Notes: generated by a model not told the origin, from the sequence alone. 64,000 bases of DNA from an uncultured Acidobacteriota bacterium (GCA_963776495.1 CAVZMW010000006.1:370435-434434), one strand, 5' to 3'. Shown: positions 33,937-43,610, counted from the first letter of the stretch. Translations and numbers: made by a program.

Positions 33937-35415
33937 ATGCGTCCTGCGAAGGCTCTTGCCCTGGCGCTCGGGATCCTCGCGCTGGCTCAGTGCTCGTGCC
34001 AGGCTTCGGGCCAATCGAGCGCGCCGAAATCGGCGCCGCTGACCATCCTCACGACCCCACAGGGAGGCATCATCGAATACGGCCGCATCGACGGCGCGAC
34101 CTCGCTCGCCGCCGCGATGGGCCGGGTGCTCACCGAGGTCCACCAGGCGTGCGGCGAGAAGCCCAGCGTCGGCCAGGTCTTCCGCGTCAAGGGGACCGAC
34201 ACCGCGGGCGTCTTCTTCACCATCGTCAATCACGCCCAGCGCAACCGTCCGATGGCCGGGATGGTCATCGCGGCGCAGACCGGATCCAGCCAGTTCGAGG
34301 CGGGACTCGTGGCCGACTCCTCCGACCGCTTCGGCCAGACAGCGAACCCGATGCTGCAACAACTGTTCGGCGCCTGGAATCCCGGCGGGACCCAGCCGGC
34401 GGCGGCGACGGGCGGAGGCAGACCGGGTCCAGCTCCGGCGACGGCTTCGGCGACCGCCTCGGCGTCCGCTTCTCCCGTGCCACTGCACAGGGTGTCCGCG
34501 CCGGACAACTCCGCCAGCCTCTCGGTCCCCGACGGGTGGGCCGCGCAGCCAATCGGCGGGTGGGGCGCCGTCGTCGTCAAGGGCCCCAACGGCGAGCAGA
34601 TCGGCGTGGGGATGAACAAGGGCGCCGTCGATCCCACCAATCCCTGGCAGGCCCGGATGGCGGCAGCGCGCTACCAGGTCATCAACCCGGGGAGCATGGT
34701 GTACCCGTTCCGCGGCGACGTGGAGAAGGAGTTCGTGAACCTGTTTCAGGCATGGCGCAAGGCGGGCGGAGTGGGACCGGCGCGCTTCCAGGTCGAGTCG
34801 ACCAAGCCGATGCCGTCAGCCCAGGGCAACCACTGCACCCAGGTGTCCGGTCAGATGGACCCCGACGGCAAGGGCATGCAGTTCTTCATGTCCCTGATGT
34901 GCGCCTCCGACCCGACGCGGGACTACGGCAGCTACTCCGTCATGCTCAGCCACACCTTGATTCCGCTGGCGTGGAAGGACAAGGACGCGGCCGTCGTCGG
35001 CGCCATCCTCCAGACCTACGTGCCAAACATGCAGGTCATCAACCAGGAGAGCGCCGCGATGCTCGCGAAGAAGAAGCAGTCCGACCAGCAGACGCTCGCG
35101 TGGGCACAGGCGCAGGTGAACCAGATCAAGCAGATTGGCGCCCAGGCCACCGCCCGGATGAACGCGACCGAGGCGGCCAACGACGCGCAGCATGCCGGTT
35201 ACTGGGCGCAGCAGAACACCAACGCCAGGAACTCGGCGGGATTCAGCAACTACCTGCTCGACCAGTCGGTCGTGCAGAACAACAGCGTGGGAGGGACGGG
35301 CGCCGCGGGCCACGCCACGGTCTGGAATTCGACGGCGAGCGCGCTCGTCAAGGCCAATCCCAACAAGTACAAAATCGTCGCCACGCCGAACTACTGGAAG
35401 GGAATCGACTACTGA
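33937..35415 (+). CDS. Exported protein of unknown function (possible lipoprotein), Q/N/A-rich C-terminal region
   Basis: It has the signal peptide MRPAKALALALGILALAQC and consistent high-GC codon usage over 492 aa. I recognise no motif. Confidence 0.6.
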   Translation: MRPAKALALALGILALAQCSCQASGQSSAPKSAPLTILTTPQGGIIEYGRIDGATSLAAAMGRVLTEVHQACGEKPSVGQVFRVKGTDTAGVFFTIVNHAQRNRPMAGMVIAAQTGSSQFEAGLVADSSDRFGQTANPMLQQLFGAWNPGGTQPAAATGGGRPGPAPATASATASASASPVPLHRVSAPDNSASLSVPDGWAAQPIGGWGAVVVKGPNGEQIGVGMNKGAVDPTNPWQARMAAARYQVINPGSMVYPFRGDVEKEFVNLFQAWRKAGGVGPARFQVESTKPMPSAQGNHCTQVSGQMDPDGKGMQFFMSLMCASDPTRDYGSYSVMLSHTLIPLAWKDKDAAVVGAILQTYVPNMQVINQESAAMLAKKKQSDQQTLAWAQAQVNQIKQIGAQATARMNATEAANDAQHAGYWAQQNTNARNSAGFSNYLLDQSVVQNNSVGGTGAAGHATVWNSTASALVKANPNKYKIVATPNYWKGIDY

Positions 35416-38400
35416 TAGCTCCCGATCAGCACGAACGGCGCCCAGTAGAACGGATGCGTGTATCCAGCCTCCCGCGGCGGTGAGGCCGGCCCCTCCACGG
35501 GTTGAATGCCGCGGCCGCCCGCGCCCCCGGGCGGCGCGGCCGATCCACGGAGGAACGCCAGTTGCGCCTGGCGCAAGGCTTCGGCCTTGCCGTCGGCGGG
35601 GTGGCTCATCCACCTGGCGTAGAAGTCGCTCATCATCCGGCTCGTGCTCGCGTCGTTGACGTCCCACAGGGTGGCGAGCACCGCCTCGGCGTCCTTCTGC
35701 TGCGCGACCATCCCGAGGCTGTCCATTTCCAGGCCGTCCTTCGCCACCTCGCCACGCGCCGTGCTGCAGGCCGAGAGCGTCAGGAGGCGCGTGCCGTGGA
35801 AGCTGATCGTCGAGTCCTCGAGCTTCGACAGGGTGAGCTGAAACCCTCCCGGGCTGCCGACCGCGTCCCCACCCAGCATCAGGTAGGGCTCTTTGTCGCC
35901 TTCACTCTCGATGACGAAGTGACTCGCGATGTGGACCACCGGGAAGGTGGACCCGGCGCCCAGCTGCTTCTGCAATGCGGCGTACGTGAACCGGTCGTCG
36001 GGCAGCAGCATCCCGTCGATCGGGCCATGGGATTCGGGCACGGCGGGGTCGTGCACCACGCCGTCCAGTTCCGACAGCACGCCCGGCAGCGCGGGCAGGC
36101 CGCCGTAGCTCTTGGACAAGCCCATGGCCAACACCTTGAGCGTCGCGCCGGTCGCGTCGGCGGCGGCGGTCATGTGCCCGTAGCTCTCGGGCGTGAACAG
36201 CACGTTGTTGAACCGCTCGGCGAGGAAGCGCCGGCCGTCGTAGAGCGCGGCCATCGGCAGGTAGCGCATCACTCCGTCCAGCGACCACAGCAGCGTCGGC
36301 GCCCTGCCCGGATCCTGCTCCGAGCCTTCGAGCGCCGCCAACTCCTCGCCGAACGGCGCCACGACCATCGCGAACAACTCGGCCAGGTGGGGCCTGGGGT
36401 CGGACGCCGGCGTTCGCAACTCGTCGCGCACCTGCAGCACCTTGCTACGCAGTTCGGCAGGCGTGGCCTTCAGCTCGAACTTCTTGCGCGCCTGGGAGGT
36501 CACGACAATCGCATACGCGTGCTCGTCGCCGAGCAGGAGCCGGATGCCGAGCACGTGCGGTCCCAGGTTCGCCAGCGTGTTCTGCAGGCGGCTGACGTCG
36601 GAGCGTTCGCCGCTCACGCGGGCGTTCGCGCCCTCGGTGCCGGCCTTCTGCGCGAGCTGGGGATACAGCGTGTTCCGGAAGAAGTCGGACACCTCCCGAT
36701 TGGTCGCCTCAATCTCGGCCTCGACCGAGTTCATCCGGGCGGTCTCCTCGGAAGTGCGGGTCGGCTTGGCTCGCAACGCGGCATGCTCCGCGCTGAGGTT
36801 CATCAAGGCCAGGGCCTGCTTCCCCCGGGCCGCAAGCGCGCCCTGCGCCGCCTGCTGGGTTCCAGTCAGCTTCGGGGCCTCGGCCGTCGCGCCGGCTCGA
36901 TCGGCCGCACCGCGCACGACCTCCTTCAATTCCTGCTCCTTGAGCAGGTCGAGCACCTGTTCCGCTTCGGCGAGCCTGTCCGACTGCACCAGGAGTTCTG
37001 CCAGGATCCGGTAGGCCGCCGACTTCGACTGTACGAACCCCGCCTGCAGTTCCTTGTCCAGGCTGGAGATGTTCCGCCTGATCTGCTGGTAGGCCGTAAC
37101 GGCCTGGAGTCCGAACAGGATCGCCTCCTCCGGGTGATGCTGATTGCGGAAGCCGACCATGAGCAACGATTCGATGCCGCCCTCGACGGCCGGATCGCCC
37201 GCCTCCCTGGCCAGGTCCAGCGCCGCCAGTTCGCTCACCAGCGCCTTGTCGGCGTCCTTCGCGGCCCAGTACCCTCGACCGACAAGGCCCAGCGCGAGGG
37301 CCTGGCCCCGGCGGTCCTCGACTTCGCGGTACGCGGCCAGCGCCCGCAACGCGAAGTCGAGCGACTTGCCCGCGTCTCCCAGGTCGAGATGCACCCTGCT
37401 GATGTTGGCCATCGTCGTCGCGTCGCCGCGGCGGCTTCCGGTCTCGGCCCAGATGGGCAGCGCCTGGTTGAGGTACTCCAGGGCCCTGGCGCCCTGGCCC
37501 ATGTCCGCGTAGGCCCTGCCTATGTCATTGAGCGCGAGACCCTCGCCGTTGCGGCTGCCAACCTCGCGCCAGATGGGCAGGGCCTGCTCGAAGAACTCGA
37601 GGGCGGCCTGGTGCTGGCTCAAATCCCGGAGAAGCCGGCCCTTGTTGGTCAGTGTCAGCGCCTCGCCCGGTCGGTTTCCGAGGCTTCGCTCGATCGCCAG
37701 CGCGCGGTCGTACGCCTCCAGCGCGGTCTGCTTCTGTCCCAGGTCGGCATACGCGCGCCCCATGTTGTTCAACGTCAGGGCTTCGCCGCCACGCTCGCCC
37801 TCCGCCCGCCAGAGCGTCATCGCCTGGTTGAGATACTCCAGGGCCTTCGCGCCCTGGCCCATGTCCGTGTAGGTCTTGCCGAGGTTGTCGAGCGTGCTGG
37901 CCTCGGCCGCGTGGCCCGTCGCATCCCGCAGCATCGGCAGCGAGGCATTCAGGCGTCTCTGCGCGATCCGCTGCTTCAGGCTCAGACGATCACCGGCCTG
38001 GCCGCTGTCGAGGGCGTGCCAGATCGCCATCGAGTCGTTCAGGGATTTCAGCGCCTCTTCCCGCCGGCCCAGGTCGTTGTACGCCTTGCCCATGAAGTTC
38101 AGCGTGTCGCCTTCGCCCTCTCGAATTCCCGCCGAGCGCCAGAGCGGCAGCACCTGCCTGAAGAGCGCCAGCGCCTTTTCCTCCTGACCCAAATCGCTGT
38201 AGATCCGCCCCATCGTGTTCATCGCCAAGGCCCGGCCGATGTCGTTGTGGGCCTTCTCCGAGAGCGTCAGCGCCGCGTTCAGGCGCTCCAGGGCCGTCTG
38301 CATCTTTCCCGCCTGACGGTACAGGTAACCGAGCGCGACGAGCTCGAGCCCTTCGGTCCGCCTGTCTCCAGACGCTCGCGCCGCGGCGAGTTTCTGCTCG

Positions 38401-38513
38401 TGCTGGGCGATCTGACCCTGCAACGGCGCCGGCTGCGCGCGAGCCGCCGTCGCCGCCGACAGCAGGCAGACACCCAGACACGCCGCCGCGAGCGTCTTCC
38501 AGGCCCGACGCAT
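35409..38513 (-). CDS. Exported TPR-repeat protein with C-terminal CHAT (caspase-fold) protease domain
   Basis: It has the signal peptide MRRAWKTLAAACLGVCLLSAATAARA. About 12 TPR units follow (repeated ..LNN.G..Y.D.GQ..KALE...QAL..). The CHAT dyad context is VVHIASHFV and LLTLSACSTARGE. Confidence 0.85.
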   Translation of the reverse strand: MRRAWKTLAAACLGVCLLSAATAARAQPAPLQGQIAQHEQKLAAARASGDRRTEGLELVALGYLYRQAGKMQTALERLNAALTLSEKAHNDIGRALAMNTMGRIYSDLGQEEKALALFRQVLPLWRSAGIREGEGDTLNFMGKAYNDLGRREEALKSLNDSMAIWHALDSGQAGDRLSLKQRIAQRRLNASLPMLRDATGHAAEASTLDNLGKTYTDMGQGAKALEYLNQAMTLWRAEGERGGEALTLNNMGRAYADLGQKQTALEAYDRALAIERSLGNRPGEALTLTNKGRLLRDLSQHQAALEFFEQALPIWREVGSRNGEGLALNDIGRAYADMGQGARALEYLNQALPIWAETGSRRGDATTMANISRVHLDLGDAGKSLDFALRALAAYREVEDRRGQALALGLVGRGYWAAKDADKALVSELAALDLAREAGDPAVEGGIESLLMVGFRNQHHPEEAILFGLQAVTAYQQIRRNISSLDKELQAGFVQSKSAAYRILAELLVQSDRLAEAEQVLDLLKEQELKEVVRGAADRAGATAEAPKLTGTQQAAQGALAARGKQALALMNLSAEHAALRAKPTRTSEETARMNSVEAEIEATNREVSDFFRNTLYPQLAQKAGTEGANARVSGERSDVSRLQNTLANLGPHVLGIRLLLGDEHAYAIVVTSQARKKFELKATPAELRSKVLQVRDELRTPASDPRPHLAELFAMVVAPFGEELAALEGSEQDPGRAPTLLWSLDGVMRYLPMAALYDGRRFLAERFNNVLFTPESYGHMTAAADATGATLKVLAMGLSKSYGGLPALPGVLSELDGVVHDPAVPESHGPIDGMLLPDDRFTYAALQKQLGAGSTFPVVHIASHFVIESEGDKEPYLMLGGDAVGSPGGFQLTLSKLEDSTISFHGTRLLTLSACSTARGEVAKDGLEMDSLGMVAQQKDAEAVLATLWDVNDASTSRMMSDFYARWMSHPADGKAEALRQAQLAFLRGSAAPPGGAGGRGIQPVEGPASPPREAGYTHPFYWAPFVLIGSYQ

Positions 38514-38527
38514 GTCGTCTCCTCTCG

Positions 38528-39595
38528 CTACTTCGACTCCTTGCACGTGGCCGACCCGGCCAGCGGCTGCACGCTCACGCGCATGGAGGCATAGGTCACA
38601 CCAGGGACGGCGCCCTGCGCGCGCGTCGCCAGGGGCACGTTCGGATCGGCGTCCTTCGGCACGAGGTAGCCCTGCACCATGTCGAGGTTCGGCAGTGCGC
38701 CGGCCAGTTCGTCCGTGTGTTTCAGCGCCACCATCAGGTAGTCGCCGGGGACCAGGCCGATGTAGCGGGCGTCGCGGTCCGAATCGCCCATCGCCCGCCG
38801 GGTCGCCACGGCGGCGGTCAGGTTGCCGGCCATGAGGAACTTCGTGCGATCTTCCCAGTAGCTCAGCGTCTCGGTGAACGCGCTGAGCGCCGGCACGCTG
38901 ATCGCCGGCAGGCTCACCATGGGGCACAGCATCTTGGCGCCCGTGATCATGATGTTCAGCGCCTTGACGAACACCGACGTGCTGGCGGCCTTCGAGACGT
39001 TGACCGCGAGCTTGCCCGTGCCCCGCGTCAGCAGGATCCGGCTCGTGCCCTGCGTGGCCTGGGGAGTCCTGAACCCCAACTGCTCCAGCGACACCTTCCC
39101 CGCCTTGTCGGGAGCCAGCGAGGCGATGGCCGTCCAGGCCAGCGGCGCGACGATGTTCATGTAGGGATGGATCTGCGTCGTGTCCACGCGCAGCTGAGAC
39201 GCGTGCACATTGGCGTCCCCGCTGCCGGGGCGATACTGCGAGAGCGCAATGCTGACGGCGACGTCGCCGTCGTAGTCGAGCAGTTCGTCACCCCGGATAT
39301 CGGTCGCGTAGCGCAGCTTCCTGGTGTCGCTCCTGTAATGCAGGTACTGCGTCTCGACCGCCGGATCGGGCAGCTTGTCCTTCGGCCCCCGCGACGCGGC
39401 CTTCTTGCCGTAGGCCGGGCTGTAGGGGTTCACCGAGTCGAAGAACCCGTTCCAGAAGTCGTAGGAGTCGTGCGGTGTGTCCGGCGGGGAGGCTTGCGGC
39501 GCGGCAGCCTGCGCGGCGGCCAGCTCGGGCACGAGCGCGGCCAGCAGGCCCAGGGCGGACGTGTCGGTGATGAATCGGCGTCGTGAGGTGGACAT
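38528..39595 (-). CDS. Tat-signal protein of unknown function
   Basis: The twin-arginine motif STSRRRFITDTSALGLLAAL..AAAQA is present. The gene sits 8 nt downstream of the caspase gene and 14 nt upstream of the CHAT gene. I recognise no domain. Confidence 0.65.
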   Translation of the reverse strand: MSTSRRRFITDTSALGLLAALVPELAAAQAAAPQASPPDTPHDSYDFWNGFFDSVNPYSPAYGKKAASRGPKDKLPDPAVETQYLHYRSDTRKLRYATDIRGDELLDYDGDVAVSIALSQYRPGSGDANVHASQLRVDTTQIHPYMNIVAPLAWTAIASLAPDKAGKVSLEQLGFRTPQATQGTSRILLTRGTGKLAVNVSKAASTSVFVKALNIMITGAKMLCPMVSLPAISVPALSAFTETLSYWEDRTKFLMAGNLTAAVATRRAMGDSDRDARYIGLVPGDYLMVALKHTDELAGALPNLDMVQGYLVPKDADPNVPLATRAQGAVPGVTYASMRVSVQPLAGSATCKESK

Positions 39596-39603
39596 AGTCA
39601 GGC

Positions 39604-42027
39604 CTACTTCGTGGCGTCCTTTGGCAAGCTGCGAAGCGTGATGAAGCCGAGCCCCCAGTTGGTGGGCACCTCCGCCGAGAATCCGCGCGTCCCGCCGCTG
39701 GTCGCGCCGAGCAGCCTCTCGAGCGGCGATTGCGCGCCTCGCGTGCCGCGCGAGGCGATGCCTTCGAAGTTCAACACGAAGGGGTCCGACAGCGGCTGCG
39801 ACGTGCTGAGCAGGATCAGCGTGTCCACGCCATAGGGTGGACCGATGCGGAGCGTGGGGGATCCTGGCAGCACGAACTGGCGTCCGTTGTCGGCGGCGTT
39901 GGGGAACTGGTTCTCCGTGTAGTTGGCGGGATAGAGCAGCGTCCCCTTGCCATGGCAGTCGATGTCCAGGACGTACACCCAGCGCTTCTCGACGACCCGG
40001 TCGCTGGACCGCAAGGCCAGCTTGAGCAGGGCGCCTTCGCGCACGGGCGTGTCAGGCGCAATCGGCGTGTCCGCGGACGCGGGAACGAGGGCCAGGGAGT
40101 AGTAGTCCGAGGTGGCGGCCCCGGCGGGGCTGTCGGCGAGTTCCAGCCAGCCGTGGACCTTGGCCAGTCGCGACGCGAAGCTGGCCAGCGCCGCGCCTTC
40201 CGTGTCGCGCCCGTCTGCGTGGGTCGCGGCCACCCAGTCGCTGCGCACGGGGTACTGGGATGTCGCGGAGCAGCCCGGAGTGTGTCCAGGGCTGGCAGGC
40301 AGGGGCGGCCCACCGACCAGCGCAGACTTGTTGACCCACGCGTAGGCCGGGCCGTCCGCCGTCAGCGTGCCTCCCAGCGCGTAGTGGGCGCCCGCCAGGT
40401 CGGCTGCGCTCTCGACGGCGCCGTGGCAATCGGCCTCGTCGAGCGCCGCGGCCAGCTCCCGCGAAGGCGGGAGGTTGACCCAGAGCCTGGCGCCCGCGGG
40501 CAGATGTTGTTTCAGATCGCCCGCCGTCAGCCGGGCGCCCAGGTTGACGGGGCCGGCCCGACCGGCTGGTTCGAGCGTCCAGCTCGTGCCGTTCCAGCTG
40601 AGGACGTACGTCCACGGCTCCTCGGCCGGATCGGAGACGGGGGCGACCCCGGCAGCCTCTATTTGCGCCACGGCCGCCAGGATCTCCTCGTGGGACAGGT
40701 TGGAGGGCCAGTGCCACACTCGCAGCGGCGCCGATTCCGCCGGGGTCCATTTCGTCAGCTCGAAGATCTCACCGGGAGCGACCTTGGCTCCGGGAGGACT
40801 CACGATCTCGGCCTTGCAGCGCGCGATCCCCTGCAAGTCGGTGACGCGAAGCCGGACGACCTGGTCCCCACCCATCGGGATCACCGATGCGAACTCGCTC
40901 CCGGTTCCGATGCCGGCGACACGGCCGACGTCCAGCCACACCTTGCCGTCCTCGCCGGTTCCGATCGCGGCGCTGCGAACCTTCCCGGGATCGCGCGCCG
41001 TTCCGCCAAAGAGCGGCTGCTGGCGCCGGGCCGCCGTCGCGTCCAGGTCGGGTTCCTGGTCGGGGACATCTCCGCCCTCGAGAACGGCCCTCACTCGCTG
41101 ATAGAGAAGGGAAGCCGGCGTGTCCGCGGGCAAGACCTGCAGGGCCTCCAGCAGGGCGGCGGTGAAGGCCCCGTGCGGCTCGGCCGCCGCCGAGGCGGGC
41201 GGCAGTTCCTTGGCCGTCTGGTCCTGCTGCGCCGCCGACAGCACCAGGGCGGGATTGTCCTCCCGCTCCGCGGGCGCCGGCCGCGGGCGCCCGTCGGGAA
41301 GCAGTTCGGGGCCCTCCGCGATGTCGCGAGGGTCGAATGCGAGACTCCGCTCGCGGTACTTCACGCCGAGCCCGCGGCTCACGCCGCCGCTGTGGCAGCT
41401 GTCGAAGATCACGGCGAGCCGGATCCCCTTGTCCAGGGCGGCGTTGAAGATGCGGGTCATCTCTCGGTCGCGGATGTCGTAGCCGCCTTTGTACGCGTCG
41501 GCCGGCACCAGCGTGCTGTCGGCATGCACGTATGTCCCGTTGACGAGCACGGTGAGCTTGCTGCCCTTGCTGTTGACGCGCAGGGAACCGTGGCTGGCGA
41601 CGTAGAGAACCACGGTGTCGCCCCGCTGCGGCGCCTCAACCAGGTACTTCTGCATGGCGGCGAGGATGCCCTCGCGCGACGTCTGCGTGGCGGGCAGCAC
41701 GACCACGCCCGGCCTCGGCGCCGGCGCCGCCGGATTGGTCAACAGGACGACCCGGTCCGGCTGGAACCCGAACTTCGGGCTGGTGAGCGCGTCGGCCATG
41801 GCCTGCGCGTCGTTCACCGCGCCGTCCAGGTTCTCGAACGCGCCGAGCTCGCAGCGGCCGTACGCGCAGCCGGGAGGGCGATCGGCCGTGGTCCCGGCGG
41901 GCTGATAGGTGTTGATGCCGATGAGCAGCGCGCGCCGGGCCTGCGCGCTCGCCTGCGCGCCGACGAGCAGGCCCAGCGAGGCGGAGAGCACGAGCGAGCG
42001 CGCGTTCATGCGCATGGCGATCGGCAC
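39604..42027 (-). CDS. Exported peptidase C14 (caspase/metacaspase-like) with C-terminal DUF4384-like domain
   Basis: The signal peptide ends AQASAQA. RRALLIGINTY, the His context VVLYVASHGS and the Cys context AVIFDSCHSGG mark the C14 domain. The C-terminal KRWVYVLDIDCHGKGTLLYPAN...LRIGPPYGVDTLILLSTSQPL resembles DUF4384. Confidence 0.85.
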   Translation of the reverse strand: MPIAMRMNARSLVLSASLGLLVGAQASAQARRALLIGINTYQPAGTTADRPPGCAYGRCELGAFENLDGAVNDAQAMADALTSPKFGFQPDRVVLLTNPAAPAPRPGVVVLPATQTSREGILAAMQKYLVEAPQRGDTVVLYVASHGSLRVNSKGSKLTVLVNGTYVHADSTLVPADAYKGGYDIRDREMTRIFNAALDKGIRLAVIFDSCHSGGVSRGLGVKYRERSLAFDPRDIAEGPELLPDGRPRPAPAEREDNPALVLSAAQQDQTAKELPPASAAAEPHGAFTAALLEALQVLPADTPASLLYQRVRAVLEGGDVPDQEPDLDATAARRQQPLFGGTARDPGKVRSAAIGTGEDGKVWLDVGRVAGIGTGSEFASVIPMGGDQVVRLRVTDLQGIARCKAEIVSPPGAKVAPGEIFELTKWTPAESAPLRVWHWPSNLSHEEILAAVAQIEAAGVAPVSDPAEEPWTYVLSWNGTSWTLEPAGRAGPVNLGARLTAGDLKQHLPAGARLWVNLPPSRELAAALDEADCHGAVESAADLAGAHYALGGTLTADGPAYAWVNKSALVGGPPLPASPGHTPGCSATSQYPVRSDWVAATHADGRDTEGAALASFASRLAKVHGWLELADSPAGAATSDYYSLALVPASADTPIAPDTPVREGALLKLALRSSDRVVEKRWVYVLDIDCHGKGTLLYPANYTENQFPNAADNGRQFVLPGSPTLRIGPPYGVDTLILLSTSQPLSDPFVLNFEGIASRGTRGAQSPLERLLGATSGGTRGFSAEVPTNWGLGFITLRSLPKDATK

Positions 42028-42033
42028 GACCGT

Positions 42034-43440
42034 CTACTTCCCCGGTTCGAGGAGCGGGAGCATCCGCCAGTAGCCCAGGCTGCCGACAGGCACCCGAGTC
42101 AGCCCGGGCCTCGGGGGCAACTGCCCCTTGAAGAACGCCAGCAGGTCCAGGACGACGCTGCGGCTGTCGCCGTAGTAACTGTGTCCGAGCGCGTCCACGC
42201 TGATCCGGGAGACGTCCACCGTGTCGATGCCGGCCATCATGACCACGTTCGGCCCCCCTTCGCCCGCCCGCCGCTCCTTGTGGAACAGCAGATGCGACGC
42301 CGCCAGCGCCTGGTCGCGCTCCGAGACGTAGAGCGTGATCCTGTTGGCCGGCTTCTGGATCTGCGCCACCAGCTTGGTGAACGCGTCACGGTCCACGTCG
42401 GGGGCGGCGAGCACGACGGTGTTGAACTTCCGGAGGTTCGTGAATCGTGGGTCGGCCGCGAGCTGGGCCACAGCCGGCAGCAACGCGCGATTCCCCATGC
42501 TGTGCGCGATCAGGTGGACGACCGTGGCGCCCGATCGATCGGCGACGTCCCGCAGGAACTGCGTCAGGTGGCCCACCGTTTCCGCGACGCTCTTCTCGTC
42601 GTCGAGGTATCCGAGCAGGCGGCTTCTCGACGGCCAGCTGTAGAAGATCGGTGCGCCCTTGTACCCGAAATCGTAGGCCAGTTGCGCCGTGCGGACCGCG
42701 GCGTCCTCGAAGCTGACGTTGTAGCCGTGGATGAAGACGAAGGCCTCCCTGGTCGGCGACGAGGCCACGGCTCCGGAGACGTCCCTGTAGAAGCTGGCCT
42801 GCGTTTCAGGGACCACCTTCTGCAACACGATGTGCTTCTCGGGGTCCGCACGGAACTCGAGCCGCCAGATCGAGGGGCGCTCGATTTCGGCGACCGAGTG
42901 CGTTTCAGGAATGCTGACCTGGCAGGACCCGTAGGCGATCGTCCCCTTCTCCGACTTGACTCCAAGGTACTTCACCGTCCCCCGGTCCGTGGCCTCCTGC
43001 CTGTCGGTGGCGTAGAACACGCGGACGACGGTGAAGCCGGTGCTCATCGCCCGTCCCTTCATCCGAAGCGCCAGCTTCAAGGCGAACGTCAGCTCCGAGG
43101 GAGCGGGGCCAGCCGGGATCTCGAAGCTCTTCCCGTCCTCGCCGAGCCCGACCGCGGAGGCGTGGAGGAGGTAATGTCCGGGAGGCAACGACAAGCCCAG
43201 GAGCGCGAATCTGCCGTCCACGTCGCTGAGCGTGTCCGCCAGCACCTCCGGCGTCGCGTCACCCTTTCGGATGTCCACGCGTGCTCCCGGCACCGGGAGT
43301 CCATCCGGACCCGTGATGGTCCCTTGCACGATCAACTGGGGTGGAGTGGTGGCGGGCGGCGCCTGGTCGTCGTTCCGTGCCGACGACGGAACCGCCAGGA
43401 CGAGGAACAGAAGCACGCACGGCAGCCCAAGACGACGCAT
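42034..43440 (-). CDS. Exported CarboxypepD_reg-like domain + DUF900-type alpha/beta hydrolase
   Basis: The signal peptide is MRRLGLPCVLLFLVLAVPSSA. GTITGPDGLPVPGARVDI...TLSDVDGRFAL is the CarboxypepD_reg-like part. The DUF900 pattern is VRVFYATDR...FVFIHGYN.SFEDA...YSWPS, with the nucleophile elbow LIAHSMGN. Confidence 0.8.
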   Translation of the reverse strand: MRRLGLPCVLLFLVLAVPSSARNDDQAPPATTPPQLIVQGTITGPDGLPVPGARVDIRKGDATPEVLADTLSDVDGRFALLGLSLPPGHYLLHASAVGLGEDGKSFEIPAGPAPSELTFALKLALRMKGRAMSTGFTVVRVFYATDRQEATDRGTVKYLGVKSEKGTIAYGSCQVSIPETHSVAEIERPSIWRLEFRADPEKHIVLQKVVPETQASFYRDVSGAVASSPTREAFVFIHGYNVSFEDAAVRTAQLAYDFGYKGAPIFYSWPSRSRLLGYLDDEKSVAETVGHLTQFLRDVADRSGATVVHLIAHSMGNRALLPAVAQLAADPRFTNLRKFNTVVLAAPDVDRDAFTKLVAQIQKPANRITLYVSERDQALAASHLLFHKERRAGEGGPNVVMMAGIDTVDVSRISVDALGHSYYGDSRSVVLDLLAFFKGQLPPRPGLTRVPVGSLGYWRMLPLLEPGK

Positions 43441-43610
43441 GGCGGCCCTCCGGCTGTGAATCTGAGCGACAAGTGTAGATGCGAAGATCCACAACCGCAA
43501 GGGCCGGCAGCTTACGGTCTGCGGCTGGCGACCGGCGCGGGTCACCGGTATGGCAGATACGGCGGAAGCGATGGAAGCCTGGAACCTGGCGTCCGGGCCC
43601 GGCCGTACAT

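Noticed and set aside
38528-39595. The Tat-signal protein considered as a bacterial gasdermin.
   Set aside because: The only support is positional analogy (next to caspase-like proteases). The protein has an export signal, which described bacterial gasdermins lack, and I can see no sequence feature supporting homology. It is retained only as an analogy in the findings.
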